NCBI GenBank assembly: GCA_013265495.1
Contig: MU058824.1
Span: 1,391,111-1,455,110 of the forward strand
Direction: 5' to 3'
Origin: Vicugna vicugna
Lineage: Eukaryota
Length of the DNA stretch: 64,000 nucleotides
Below the pieces are notes generated by a model. It searched no databases. It had not been told where the DNA came from and worked only from the letters and a program-made list of their open reading frames with translations. Shown piece after piece: positions 1 through 13,789 of this stretch. Numbering within the stretch: position 1 is the first letter of the stretch; every line of letters starts with the position of its first letter. The translations under genes and the position numbers were made by a program.

Positions 1-1069
1 CCAGGGGAAGGGCTCAGCAGGCAGCTGGGAGGAGCGAGACCCAGGCTCAGGGGAGACCTGCAGGTTGCCGGTGTGTAGGTGGTGAGAGGGAAGCTTAAAA
101 GGGCAAGCAATGCCATGGACACTAGGAGCCATTCTGGCCTCCCTGCCTCAGGAACAACAAATCCAGTCTAGTGGAAGTCTCCTCCTCCCTTTCCTCCTGA
201 GGATTTGGCAGTGGGCAGCCCTGCAACCCTGAAACAGGCAACGCCCTAGCCTCCATCCTACAGGTCTAGCTCTTCCTTCTTGTCTTAGATTGCCCAGACC
301 TGGATATATCTGATAGTGAGTCAAATATATCCGACATGACACCAAGCCATGGATGCAGCAAAGGCAAGAGATCCATGCCAGGCCTTGGGGCCAGGCTACG
401 ATGTGACAGAGCCAGAGCCCTTCAGGGCTGACAAGCATGTGCTGGGAATGACACAGGCCAGCACTTCACTAGGAGACAGGACAAGCAGTTCCAAATGGGG
501 ATGACATTGATGACACCTCCCACCTCCCCTGGTAATGTTCTCCCACGCCCTCGGGCAGTGGGACCTATGACAGCACGGGAGAGCACCGAACGGGGGAGGT
601 TTGTGAAATGCTGCAGTGGGAGAAGGGGCCTCAGTAGACACATAAATCTTGTGGCACGGCCTGTCTCCATGTTCTGGTGGCTTCCCAAGGATAACAGATG
701 TCTCCAGTATCACTGCAAGCAAACATGGTCTCTAATCTCATCGCTTTTTACTAGTAGCTCCTGCGTCACACTATTGAAAAAAGTCCTAGCAAAGTGTGCC
801 TCTCAGATTTCCACTTTCCCCTCCTTCCTCACCATCAAAACTGGAGTTTGTTTTGGATCTCAAAGTGCCAGCTGAAAAACCATCCTTGTCAGTTACCTAC
901 TCAGCAAAGGGACGACATGATACAGGATTGGACAGAGACTGTGTCAATGTAGGTATTATTACACAAACATGCCTTCTCCTCCTCTCCCACTGTGGACGGA
1001 GTGTGAGTGCTCACCCAGGGATGCTGGACTTAGCCACATGGCTTACTTTGGAACGTTAGCAGGAGGAAT

Positions 1070-1640
1070 AAGCAGAACCTTAAATGTGCTTGTGTGGTTT
1101 GGCTTGCTTCTTGATCTGATAATTCCCATGAGAAGAATTCACCCAGATCATCTCTGCTGGTTCAGCCTGGGTTCCAGAACTATTGCACTTGGAGCTGATC
1201 GAGAGCCAAAACCAGCTGGTCTGAGTCTGAATCAGCTTGTTACACTGAGTCTAGGGGTGGTTGTTACAGAGCACTACTGTGGCAATAAATGACTAATACA
1301 GAAATGGGGAAAGTCTTCTGAGAAAGCTCTTTTACGTGGGACAGACTCAGCTGGCAAGTCTTTTGCTCTTTCCCCTTCTCCTTCTCCTTGAATAAAGACA
1401 TGGAGGTGAGGGTCAGCCATCTTTCAACCACAAGGTGATAGGAACATGCTAAGCATGGCTCTACAAAAGGACAGAATAAGCCCCCATCTGTAACAGCACC
1501 ATGAAGTCACCACACCAGCCCTGAAATGCCTAACTCTGGATGTCCTCTTGTGTAAGAAAAATAAAGCCTCGAATTTGATTAATCCACTGTTTCTCAGGTT
1601 TCTGTTATTTGCAGCTGAATACAGTTCCTGACAGACACAG
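1070..1640 (+). mobile_element. MLT1-type MaLR LTR fragments (two adjacent or nested)
   Basis: LTR 3' ends ...gtggcaataaatgactaataca (~1300) and ...gcagctgaatacagttcctgacagacaca (~1639). Confidence 0.6.
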
Positions 1641-3499
1641 GTAACCAGTGGCAATGAAGCCACATCTGTGTTTGAGATTTCCCAGGGACAACATGAAGGG
1701 TCACAAGACAGTCCCCTGGGATCCCAGGAATGTGGTTCAAAGCTTTGCGAAAGGAAGCCCACAGAAGTGACTGAGAAGAGTCTAGGGTGGGTGGAGAACT
1801 AAGATGTGGCGCCAGAAGCCACAAGAGGAGAGGATGCTAGGAGGCAGGGATGGATCAGGCAAAGTGCAGCGGTGAGAAGCAGGAACACAAGGAAGAAAAC
1901 TTATCAACCGATTTAGCAAACGAGACGTCCTTGACCTTGGCAGGAGAGGTTCAGGGCAGGATTGCAGACAGAAGTCAAACCACACAGTGTGATAGAATCC
2001 CCGCCCTCTGCAGCTCCCTGGTGGGGGATGGACACTCAAGGAAGGATGATGCAATGGAAGGAAGCAGCTCCTCGGACAGCTGCAGTCTTGTCCCGACTGC
2101 AAAGACCATTTCTCCTCCTTGCCTCCAGGAGAATGGCTAACTCCTCAGCTCGGCATTCAAGCTCCTCAAGCTGTGGACCTAGCCAGGACCTGGCCTCACC
2201 CCCTAGCCTCTCTTCCTCACATTCCAGTAACACCACCGCCCACCATTCCTCATCAGGCTGCCCTCCCCTTGGACCGCCCTTCCCCTACCTATTCACGGCC
2301 TGCTCAACCTTTCAAGCCTGCACGGCTGTCACCCTCTATGAGGAAGACAGGATCAGCCCTTTCTCCAGGCTCCTCCCATCTCTCCGTGTCCACCCTGAAT
2401 CACTAGGTGGGCCCAAGTGGCTTTCACTCCCCGGGGTGGGGGCAGGGTCTGTGTTGTCTGGCACTTGTAGGGGGGCAGTAGCCTCGACAAATTGTCAGGG
2501 GCAAGTGACGGTCTGCCCTCCACGAAGTTCCCAGGTCAGGGAGACCATGCGGGCACCTTCAGGCCCGTATCTGTCCCTTCACTCCACAAGCCGGCTGTCA
2601 AGAGCTCAGGAAGGAAGCAGAACAGTCAGCAGGGGGGCATGCGGGCTTCTTCCCTTCTCCTCTCTGGGACCTTCCCAGAGGGCAGCTGCTTCCTTTGCCT
2701 CTTTTTAGAACCAGACGACATGATTGTGACCAAATTTAGAAAACAACCAAAAATTAAAATAAAACACAACCCATATTTTAAAATCCATCTTGACAGCTCC
2801 ACCCCGCTGGAAGGAACGTCTCTTCTGAGGGGTCAGCAGCAGAAGCAGCAGCAAGGCGGGCCACCACTTCATGGGCGGGGGGTGTCTTCTCCCCACAGAC
2901 AGACAGACCCGTCACACCAGCCAGTGGGTGGAACGATGCGACCCCAGGGGAAGGGTGGGGCCAGGCATGCAGCAGAGGGGCCCAAATTCGAGGAAGCATC
3001 TTCTTGGCTTCTTGTTTCTGCCTACAGCTGGAAAGGAAGGATGCTTCTGGAAACCACCTTAGAGACCAACCACAGTGAATGGGCCCCTCCTTAGCACGAT
3101 GCTACTTTTAGCACATTGTTCTGTGTTTTGTGGGGAACAGAGGGAAACCAGGGAACCAAACAAACAGTGTCACCCACCTTATGTAATAATAGCAACTAGG
3201 TACTGGGTGAGTACTATGTGCCAGGGACAGTGCTAGGAGATTTTTAAAAAAATTATTGCCAGGAATTGTCCATGAGTCACGTTACATCAGAGAGATTATC
3301 ATAACAAGAGAGAAAAAAGAAAGATCTTTGTGAGGCAGAATGAAGGAGATGAATTTTTCAGGAACAAGTGTAAAGGCTTGCTTTGCAAGTATGGCATTCA
3401 AGAGGTAGTTTTCATAAGGCTGTATTAATAAAGATAAAAAGGCCAGATTAAGGGAGGTGACAATCTCATGAAACTCAATTCCCATCAGCCCAAATGGGA

Positions 3500-3645
3500 C
3501 TCATCCTTTCTAAGCCTAGTTTCTTCCCCTCTAAACTGGAGCTAGAAAATACCTCCTTTGTTATGTTGTTGTGAAGATTAAACAAGGTAATGTATGAAAA
3601 TCAATTACTGCCTTTTAAGTAGTGCACCCTTAATAAATGGCAATG
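3500..3645 (+). mobile_element. MIR SINE fragment
   Basis: MIR core: gcctagtttcttcccctctaaactgg...gttgtgaagattaaacaaggtaatgtatgaaa. Confidence 0.65.
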
Positions 3646-5399
3646 ATCATAACTGTTAAAAATCTCAGTATTTAAAATGGAGTTGAGTGTTCTCCCAGAG
3701 TTGGGAAGAATCTGGGGATGCATATCATCTTCACACATCTGAACCCCTGTTATGGGCAGAGGAAGGAAACTAATTCTACATTTCCTCAAAGGACAGAACC
3801 ATCTTCACTGAGCCAATTTCAGCCAAATAAAAGGAACTGTAATAATGAAAAAAGGCTGGAAGGAAATACTTCCACATGGTGCTGTCTTTGGATAGTGAGA
3901 ACTAAAGCAATTTCTCGATGTTTTTGCAAAGTGTCCAAATTTTCAGCTGAGCATGCATTTTTTAATAATCTGGAAAAAATAGTGTTACAAAAAAAAAAAA
4001 AAAGACGATGCATGTCAGGAGTCCTGTAGTAGGAGTCGCAGACCAGGCTTGATCTGAGATTCTGCCGAACGGGAATCTCATTTCCATGCTTCAAAAACTG
4101 AAATCTATTCCCAGGGGAGGCAGCAGCAGGAGGGCATCCTGCTCTCACCCTCAGAGGACAGAGAACAGGCTCCTGCAAAGTCCCCCTGAGTCCAGCTCCA
4201 GAAGCGCAGGGACCAACTGCTCCAACAGAAGCCCACAACGTGGGGCCTCGGAAGCTCACGAGGCAGGGAGGGAGTTTCCCCACCCTCAGCATTAGGGTCA
4301 GCCCAGTCTCCTCTCTGGGCAACTCACCATCAGAGAGTAGCACAGTTAAGCCTTCCCTCAACTTTTAATTAAGAAGACAGCCTTGAGATGGATTCTAAAA
4401 GGCAAGAATGAGAGGCAGGGTGGGTGATGAGATAGACCCTGGGACTGGCAGCAGCAGATGTGGCTTCTGGTGCCAGCCTTGTCTCCCCTCACTGTGTGAT
4501 GCTGGGTAAACCCCTTCCCTCTTTGGGCCTCGGGATCCCCACCTTTAGTTTCAAGAGGTTGGACAGAATGAGTTCTAAGCTGTTTTCTAGCTCAGAATCA
4601 GCAGCTGGAAGCCACAGGCCCTTGGACATACTTTCTTTGTCTCCATGGCCCAATGGGCCTCAGAAGTCTCTCAACCCCACTATTCCACCCCTGCCTTTAA
4701 TGGAGCCACATCTGGAATTTATCTCCTCTGATCCCTGTTTTGTACAGTTCCTCACAGCCGGATCACCATAAATCAATTTGTTCTGCAGACAAGTTCCCAG
4801 AACTGTCCAGAATTCTACCCAGAAAAGGCAGTTTTATTTCCCTCTAGTTTCTGGTTCCAAAAGGAGTGAGCTGAGCCTGGTCCACTTCGGGACAAGCTCC
4901 CCGAGTCTTCCAAATCCCATGGCCCACTAGGGTTCTGAAGAGTGCCTGACACTCACGCTCCAGTCCCCTACCTGTGGGCACAGAGGAAGAACCGGCCTGG
5001 GGGTCCCCTTCCTGACCCCATTCGGGGAACAGTGTGCCCACTCTATGGCAAAAAGTTGGACTAAAGGGATCTCCGAAACTCCATGCAGCTGTTGGGTTCA
5101 AAGTTTTTCTGGAGATGAACGAGTTATGAGAGGAGAAGGGCTGAAAAGCTAATTTCCCAGCAGATGGAGAGGGAAGGAGGACTGGGAACCGCCAAGGACT
5201 TTTGCTCACTTGTTCTGCCCCAAGGTACTAAACAGCACAGAATCCAGGACTTTCATGAAGCACAAACATTCTGCAGGCGGGAGTGGAGATACGTGCTGTC
5301 TCTGACAGCTGCTTGGGTCCTCAGGATACCTCTGGGATGGAGCAACAAGGAATCTTTGGTCACTGAATGGACCCTGAGACCCTATTCTGCAGGGTGCTC

Positions 5400-5530
5400 T
5401 GAACACACCTCATCTCACTTGATCCTCACGACTCCTTCGAGTTAGGTCCTAGCATTACCTCTATTTTACAAATGAGGAACTACAGCTCAGAGAGGTTAAG
5501 TAACTTGCCCCAAATCACAAAGCTGGCAGG
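5400..5530 (-). mobile_element. MIR SINE fragment
   Basis: attttacaaatgaggaactacagctcagagaggttaagtaacttgccccaaatcaca. Confidence 0.75.
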
Positions 5531-6309
5531 TTCACCAAACAGAATTTGCAGAAGGTCTGTCCTTCTACATATTCGGACCTCTTTTAAATCTACCTTGCCA
5601 GGTAAAGCAAACCTAGGTCCCTGACTGCTTCCCTACTAACAAGAGTTTGGGCTCAGATTCCACTTGGGAGAATTTCTAAAGATAATTTTCAACAGATATA
5701 CTTAGCTTAAGTACATGGACTTAGCTTAAAAAGCCTAACAGTACTCAAGGTTTATAATAAAATCAGCAGTCCCCTGTCCTACCCTCTCTAACCCCACCCA
5801 GACCTGGCTTTCAGGAGAGACCCTCCTCTCAGCATTTCCAGCGATTTCTTCCAGTATTTGTCTCTGTTATTTCAAGTAACACATTAGCCTTGCTTTCTTA
5901 AGATTTTTGCGTTTTAGACCATTATTACTGACTATCATGGAAAATGAAGTTCCTCTTTTACCATGTCTCTCACTCTTGCTGTCAGACACACACAGTGCCC
6001 CTCCCTCCCCACTCCACAGCCTACTTCTGTCGTTTTATTACCCTCAGAGACTCTGGGGAAGCCTGAGCTAGACTAGACCTCTCTGCAGGGATTGGGAATG
6101 GAGTTTGACCTCTGGTTACATGCAACCGATTTAATGCAGATGTCTATCTTTACTTCCTCCCGGAACTCCAGTGAAAACCACATTCTATCATAAGGATGGT
6201 TTGAAGAAGGGAGGGCTGGCTAGCTTGGAGCAGAGAAAATTCAGACACATCCTCTCTCCTTGAATTTCCAAGGGGCAAAGAATAAACATGCTGGGTGGCC
6301 TCCCAGGGG

Positions 6310-6520
6310 GGCCCAGAGCAATAAGGAAGCTACAAGGAGACAGATCTCAGCTTTGCAAGAAGCTATCCAAGAACAGAATGGATGGCCTGAGAAGTGGGAA
6401 GCACCCCCCGCTGGCAGTGGACAAGCTAGGGTAGGCTGACCACTAATGGGGACGAGGAGGGATTCCTGTTTAAGAGGAGCTGAATGCATAACTTGTAAAG
6501 TCCCAACAAATTCTACAACC
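6310..6520 (+). mobile_element. L3/CR1 (MIR3-like) 3' fragment
   Basis: gaagctacaaggagacagatctcagc...agctatccaagaacagaatggatggcctgagaagtggg resembles the CR1/L3 3' end. Confidence 0.5.
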
Positions 6521-7269
6521 CAGTAACCGCTTCCTTTTGTAATCGTTGGCAATCAGAATCTAGTGGTGTTCTGCAATCACTCTTGAGTTAATAACCAGAG
6601 CTGCCCAATAGACACACTCATCTGGCAATTTCTTTTTAGGACACTGAAATAAAAATCTTTATAGTCTGATGAGCAATCAGTTCCACTGACCCTTGCCTTG
6701 TAAAAGAAGGTTCAAGATGATTCACAGAGCAATCATGACACAGCAGACAGGACAGAACTCTCGGTCCCACGGGCTTTCAGCCTTCTGAAGACAGAGAAGT
6801 GCTGGATGGGGCAACCACAGCTGATCTGGCCACGGACTGTGGGCCGGCCTGGCTCTGCAACAAGAATCTCAAAGGGGAAACTGAAGCACCGCTCTTGAAT
6901 CCTGCTTTCCCACTCTTGCCTCGTTGTAAACAGAAAGAGGGTGGAGTGTGGTATGGGCAAGATGGAGTTCTACCCAGACCATGGCACCCAGAGGCGCAGG
7001 TCTGCACCCCCAGCAGCTCTGCACCTGGAGCACTGTCCCCTGTTCTGCTCCCTGAGCTGGCACTTTCTAAGGGAATGTGATTGCCCAGGGATGTGAAACT
7101 GCTGTGACCCCTGTACTCTCCAAGCAGGACAGACTCTTACTAATTCTCGGGCCATAACTGGCAATATGGTGTAACCGGAGTAAGAGTGAGGGGAGGGGCT
7201 GTGGTCGGGGTGTATGAGCTATGTGACGTGGGCAAGTTGCCTCCCCTCTCCTCCAGGAGTTACCAGGAC

Positions 7270-7582
7270 ACGGCAGTTACAACTCAGTCTGGAGTAAGAC
7301 TGTCTAGGTTCAAATCCCAGCACTGCCACTGATTAGCTGTGTGACCTTAAGCAAGTTCCCTACCCTCTCTGAGCTCAGTGTCCTCACATTTAAATTGGAG
7401 GGAGGGAGGTGAAAGGAGGGGAGGGGAAGACCAACACTTTCTTCACTGAGTGTTTTCAGAATTGAATTAGCTCATTTACATGAAGTACTTAGAACAGTGC
7501 CCAACTCATGGTATTATTGTTGTTGTTGTTATGATTATGATTATGATTATGATTATTAGCAGCAGCAGCAGCTGCAGCAGCT
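7270..7582 (+). mobile_element. MIR SINE ending in a compound microsatellite (TTG)n(ATGATT)n(AGC)n
   Basis: ggttcaaatcccagcactgccactgattagctgtgtgaccttaagcaagtt...; simple repeats at 7513-7582. Confidence 0.8.
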
Positions 7583-8280
7583 ACAAACAGAAGACAGTAA
7601 TCCTCAACCAGCGGACCTTATGGGATCAAACAAAATAATACTCTTGAAAAGAAAATTCTAAAGCTGTGTATCATTGTGAGAAATTTGGTGTGCAGTGCAT
7701 TAAACCTCACAAACAGTAGGAGATTGTAACAGGCCAGCATTTCCAACTTCACCTGCCAAATAAACATTGTGGCTATGATACAACAAACCACATGGCAAAG
7801 TCTTTAGGACTTTTTATCAAAATAGGAAACTAATTTTACTTTATAATTTAATGTAATACAGCAAAGCCAATATTTTAAGATAAATTTTTTAAAAAGAGTG
7901 CCAATTTAACACTTTAAGAAAAACACACCCAGGCCAAGTTTAGAACACTGATAACTACACAGAATGACAAGTATTGACAAAGAAAATGCTGTTCCTAACT
8001 TGCAGTGTGTTCTCAAACACCTTCCCTTAGGGACCTCATCCGCCCTACTCCCCACTGACCCCCGGTCAGCTACACTGGGCACAGGATGATCTCTGGGTGC
8101 CTTCCAAGCCTGCACCCCACGGACCTAAGACTTGGAAGGTGTTTTTAGACCAACAGACTTGGACGCAACTAAAGCACTGTGGCATTTCCTGAGCTGACAA
8201 CACCATCTAGTGTGTGTGTGAGAGCAGACACCAGTCACCAGCCAACTAGGAGCCTTCTTCTGATTCTCACTTGAATAATC

Positions 8281-8445
8281 TGCTACTCAAAATTTGGCCC
8301 AAAGACCAGCAGCACTGGCATCATTTGGGTGCTTGTGATAAATGCAGAATCTCAAAACCCATCCCAGACCTACCAAACCTGAATCTACCTTTTAACAAGA
8401 TGCCAGGTGACCCCCATGCACGTTAAATTGTGAAAAGCATTTGCT
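8281..8445 (+). mobile_element. MER5A-like hAT-Charlie MITE
   Basis: accagcagcactggcatcatttggg...aaatgcagaatctc...gaatctaccttttaacaagatgccaggtga. Confidence 0.75.
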
Positions 8446-8789
8446 TTAGTGGAAGGAGAAAAGGGAAGCTAGTCAGCACAGGAAATGTAACTTTAACACA
8501 TACTCAGCCCATAAAGAAATCCAGAATGGATTCACAGAAATAAGACTAATTATTCCCACTGACATGTAAGGAGCCTGTCATGCAATGAAGGTTCAGGTTC
8601 TTGGGAATTTTTACAAGTTTCCATAAAGGAGCCTTCTGGAAGAGTAAGTAGGCATTTGATGAGATGGGCACCCCTGAACCAGAGTTTCAAATGTACCTGC
8701 ACTGTCTCATGGTTATTAATGTCATAATCACACTGATGAGTCTTTGTTTCCAGAAATTCAACATGAACTCAGCCACCCTGAACTCCCAG

Positions 8790-11146
8790 AGGCCACCTCA
8801 AGCTCTAGCCATGTGGCCCATCACAACATGGCAGCTGATGTCTTCAACGCCAGCAGAAGACTCTCTCAGCAGGTGACCTCTAGGGGCTAAGGTTCTCAGT
8901 CCAACAGCCACAAGGACCTCAATTCTTCCAATGAACTGTGGGTGTGGAAGAAGAGCCTAAGTTCGAGCTGAGACAGCAGACCCAGCTGATGCTTTGATTT
9001 CAGCCAGTGAGACCCAGAGCTGAGAACCCAGCTAAGCGATGCCCAGACTTATGACCTACAGGAGTTGGGAGACAATAAATGATGCTGTTTCAAGCCACTA
9101 TGTTTGTGGCAATGTACTATACAGCAATAGAAAACTAATACAGATTTTGGTACCTGGAAGTGAGATGCCACTGTAACAAATACCTAAAATGTGGGAGCAG
9201 CATCAGAATTGAGCAGCAGGAGGAAGCTGAAGGAATTCTGCAGAACATGATAGAAAAAGCCTAAATTTCCTCAGAGATTGTTAGTAGAAATACAAATGTT
9301 GACAACGCTGCTGATGAAGGTTTAGAAGGAAGTGAGGAACGTCATTAGAAAGTAGAAAAAAGGAGGTCCTTATTATACAGTGGCAGAAAGCTTAGCAACA
9401 TTGTCTGCTGCAGTTACACAGAATTTAGAAGGGATGAACCTGGTTATATAGCTAAGGAGATTTTCAAGGAGTGCTGAAGGTGCTGCCTGGTTTCCTTTTT
9501 GCTGCTTCTGGTAAAATGCAAGACCAGAGAGATAAGTAGAGGGAAAACTGTTACACCAAAAAAATAAGGACTGAATTATTTAGAAAATGTTCAGCCTCTC
9601 CAGATGGCAAAAGATGCTAAAAATCAGAACGGCTGCTGAAAGTGTGGCATAGAGAAAAAAGGCTGAGTGTGAGACTGCACAACCTTTCGTTGAAACCTCA
9701 GAAAGATCAAAAGGTCAGAACACTCAGTCACACAAGGCCGCTTTTAAGAGATTAAGAGTGTGTGCATGTCACAGAGCTCCTTGACTAAACCAGGAGCATC
9801 TAGGAAGCTTAAGGTCATTATCGCTCAGCCATCTAAACAAGAGGCCAAGAGAGAACAGAGATTTGTTTGAAAAGATCTGTGGATTTGGCTTTTGTCTAGT
9901 GGAGTCAAAGGCAGTGAATCCATGCAAGACCCACATAGTTTCTGAGGACTATCTCAGCAGAAATCCTGCCAGCTTGGCTGAAAAGGGTCAGAGAGAGAAC
10001 AAAATGAAGAGGTGGTTGGACTCCCCAAATTCTACTTGCAGGAAGCAGGGTTCATAAAACTACTCAGCTGCAAATGTGTTATCCTTCATAAAATATGAAG
10101 GATGACAAGGAGGAATCCCACGCCCAGAAGAAAGAGCCAAGAGCCCTGAGGATTATTCCCAGGTCTTGAAATTAAATCGAGAAAGGCAAACATCTACCTG
10201 ATTTCAAAACCATTATGGACCTGTGACTCCTTCTGACCTTCTCCTCTTTTTTGAGCCAGAACATCTACGAACATTATCCTATGCCTTCTCACTACTCTAT
10301 GTTGCCAGTGTTTGGGGAGAATGAACAGCCTCTTCAGTGTAACAGGTCTATGGATGGAGAGCAACTTTGTCCCAGCAGCTGCACCTACTGAATGACACCC
10401 AGGAGCCACATCTGTACCTGGACTTGATTTAGATCTTGAACTTTTAGGTGATAAGATGTAGATTTAGATGATTAAATTTTGGATTTGGAACACGTGCTGT
10501 AATGAGATGAGACTCTGAGGAACCCTGAAAAGGAGTAAATATATTTTTCATGTGGAAGGGATGTGAATTATTGGGGGCTTAGGGTGGATGGTGATAGGTA
10601 GAATTCTAAGATGACCCCCAAGATTCCTGCCTCCTGGTATATATGCCCTGTTTAATCCCCTGCCCTTGAGTGTGTGCATGACTTGTGAATATGATGAGCT
10701 ATTACTCCAGTGAAGGAATTTTTTTGATGTAATTAAGGTCCTTAATCAGTTGACTTTTGAGTTAACAGAAGGGAGATTATTCTGGGTCAATCTGACCTAA
10801 TCAAGTTATCAACTAATCAACTTAAAAGAGACATGAATCAGCAGATAATCTCCTACTGGCCTTGAAGAAGAAAATTGTCATGTTATAGAGAAGGACACAT
10901 GGCAGGGAATGGTAAGTGGACTTTTACAGCTGAGGTCCTCAGTTCTATAGCCTCAAGGAATTGAATTCAGCCAACAACTATTGTGCTTGGAAGAGAACCC
11001 TGAGTCCCAGATGAGATCACAGCCGTGGTCGACACCTTGACGACATCCTTGGGAGACCCTGAGCAGAGAATCCAATCAAGCCATGCCTGAATTTTTGACC
11101 TACAGAAACTATACAATAATATGTTTAATGTTTCCAGCTGCTAAGT
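8790..11146 (+). mobile_element. ERVL-MaLR element (MLT1E-like): partial LTR + internal region + LTR
   Basis: LTR end AGCAATAGAAAACTAATACA (to 9142) followed by the MaLR-internal start GATTTTGGTACC; purine tract near 10570; second LTR starting ...AGGTAGAATTCTAAGATGACCCCCAAGATTCC; the two LTRs share sequence. Confidence 0.85.
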
Positions 11147-11149
11147 TAC

Positions 11150-12220
11150 AAAGGCTTCAAAGCAGCTATTACAAATATATTCAAATAATTAAAGAAAACT
11201 ATATTCAAAGAGCTAAAGGAAAATATGCTAACAGTAAGTCAATGTATAGGAAATCTCAACAGAGAAAGACACTACAAAAAAGAACTAAATGGATATTCAG
11301 AGTTGAAAAGTAACTGAAATAAAATGACTACATAAGCTCAACAGCAAGTTTGAGATGGCAGAAGAAATCAGTGAATTTAAAGATAGATCATCAGAAATTA
11401 TCCAGAACAGAGAAAGGAGCAGAAAAAATATTTGAAGAAACAATGGCTAAAACCTTCCCAAGTAGATTTTAAAAACATTAAATTACATTCCAAGCTCAAT
11501 GAACCCCAAGTACAATAAACACAGACCACATTTAGACATACCTTAAACTGCTGAAAGACAAAGAGAAAATCTTAAAAGCAGCAAGAGAATGATGACTCAT
11601 CACATACAGGCAACAAAATGATTACGGATGACCTTTCATTGAAAACAATGGTGGCACTATGGTAGTGTAATCCCAAATTCAGAGTGCTGGAAGGAAAAAT
11701 CACTGTCAAGAATTCTATATCCAGCTAAACTATCTCTTTAAAAATTGAAAGCAGAATAAAGTCATTCCCTAATGAACAAAAACTGAGAGAATTTATTGCT
11801 AACAGTCCTATCCTAGATGAAATCCCAAAGAAAGGCCTTACAGTGAAAGAAAATGACACCAGAGGGTCTCTCAGATTCACAGGAAGTAATGAAAAGCATG
11901 GGAAATGGCACATATGTGGGTAAATGTAAGAGACTGTGTGTATATTGTATATATATATATTTTTTTACTTTTCTTCTCTTATTATGTAAAGTAATATAAA
12001 CTCAATTTAACAATGGTTTAAATAACATCTAGATATATGTCCATAATAGCACAGAGGAGGAGACAGAAGCTATACTGATACAAATTTGCTAAATTTTACT
12101 GGATTTAACTCAATACTAAGAATGAAAGTGACTGCAATAAATTCAGGAAGCATAATGTAATCCCTAGGGCAACCACTAACAAAGTAACTAAAAAAAAAAT
12201 CTAAGAAATCAACAAAGGAT
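11150..12220 (+). mobile_element. Old L1 (L1M-type) fragment, ORF1 region
   Basis: A-rich degenerate ORF1-like sequence (agaaaatcttaaaagcagcaagag; aagaattctatatccagctaaactatc). Confidence 0.75.
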
Positions 12221-12224
12221 ACTT

Positions 12225-12975
12225 TTATCCCCATTATTCAGATGAGGAAATGAGTCCTAGCAGGGGACACAACCCACCACAACTGGGGCTGGTCCCCAGG
12301 ACTCCTGACTCCACACTCAAGGGCTGGAGGCCACTCTCTACCTTCCAGTGGGGCAGGGCTGAGACTCCTCATCCATCAGAGAAGGAGAAAGTGAAGGGGA
12401 AAGGTTCCTCAAAATGTTATAAATTGCCTCCCAGTCTGTGCAAATATTTCCCTTGACACCCTGAATATTTTTATTAGTTCTTCCACCCTAAAAATGACCA
12501 CATATAAACTGCTGGCAGGAGTAAGAGGGATGACTTCTCAAGCAAAGCTAATTACCAGTGGTGCCCACTGAACACACACAAAAAAGCTTGTGTAGCTTTC
12601 CAGTGCTCATTATGAAGCTGATTAGCACTAATTCTCTGTCTGCCCAAACTGTCTTCCTACACCCTGGGAAGGGCTGACACCCCTTCAATGGAGCTCGGAC
12701 TGGAAGGGCATGGGGGAGGGGGCAGAGCAGACTGCTTACCTCCATCACAGGCCAAGAGCGGCACCTCATCTGCTTTAAAAGTTACCACAGTGGAGGAGGG
12801 ATGCTTTGGCCCCACAGCACATGACATTTACGAGTGGACTGAGCTGTACTGGAAGTTCATACCGTGTTCCTGCCTGCTGAGGAGCTATTTAATCCTGCAA
12901 AGATAAAATGACTAAATTATTTAATATTTATTCTTGAATAAACACCTACTGAAATTTATTGTGCTTCACATTTTA
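12225..12975 (+). repeat. Copy 1 of a diverged ~750-bp direct duplication (partner at 33175-33975)
   Basis: Colinear blocks, e.g. agcaaagctaatta (12541-12554 = 33562-33575) and tgcctgctgaggagctatttaatcc (12871-12895 vs 33877-33901, 23/25 identical). Confidence 0.85.
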
Positions 12976-13783
12976 TAAAGTGCATGTATGAAAACAGAAA
13001 CTTAATGGACCCCATTACTGCAAGCCAAGGACTAAGCTAAGCCCTCACCTGTTCTATGTTATATAATCCTCACAACTACCTCAAGAGCTTGGTTTCATTG
13101 TTCTCATTTCACAGATTAAGAAATTGAAGTTCAGAGTGGTTAAGATGCATCAGATTGATCCAAGCCAGGTCAACTGGATTTGTTCCTGGGTGATTGCTCA
13201 ACTAGATCCCTCAGAGGGGAATGTGTAAAAAAGCCTGAGACAAAAGTTGATGCTTTTTAATTAAATGCATGTGTGTCTTCATCTCTCACATCTGACTAAT
13301 TGCAAACACAAAGATCTGCAATGTTCTTGCTGTGTTTTTTTAATCACTCATAGTGACTTTATCAGGTTGACCAGATCTCAGAAGCAGATCTGAGCTAGTT
13401 CTCACATCAGAGTTACTGAGAGAAACTGTAGCAGCTGCTGCAGCACAAAATCTAACATGAATTTAAATGACCAAATATTATTAATGAACACATTTGAAAA
13501 CTGAATTTCACAGAAAAAATTAAATTTCTTCCTGACACTAACATGTGATCAAAATTTAAAGTGATATAAACATGTTTTAAAGTCACTGTGGTAATTACTA
13601 AAAGTAGCCAGCCAGACCACAGCTAAGCACTGTCAGAAGTCTACCCTGTGTAGTGGAACTTTGCATTAGCCCAGTACATCAAATTGTTCTCTTGAAATTT
13701 CAGCTTTGGTTAGTTCTCTTTAGTTAACATAAACTTTAACTGCAATTTTGACCATGGCAGTAACACAAAACTAAATAGAATTC

Positions 13784-13789
13784 TTTATT
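13784..13789 (-). terminator. Candidate GALNT12 polyadenylation signal AATAAA
   Basis: tttatt on plus = AATAAA on minus, ~530 nt after the stop, followed by GT/T-rich TTTAGTTTTGTGTT. An alternative ATTAAA lies at 13339-13344. Confidence 0.5.

Noticed and set aside
1962..3094. Long ORFs of 248 aa (1962-2708) and 200 aa (2492-3094)
   Set aside because: Low-complexity Ser/Pro/Gly-rich translations with no recognisable domain; partly over L2-like sequence; no splice structure linking them
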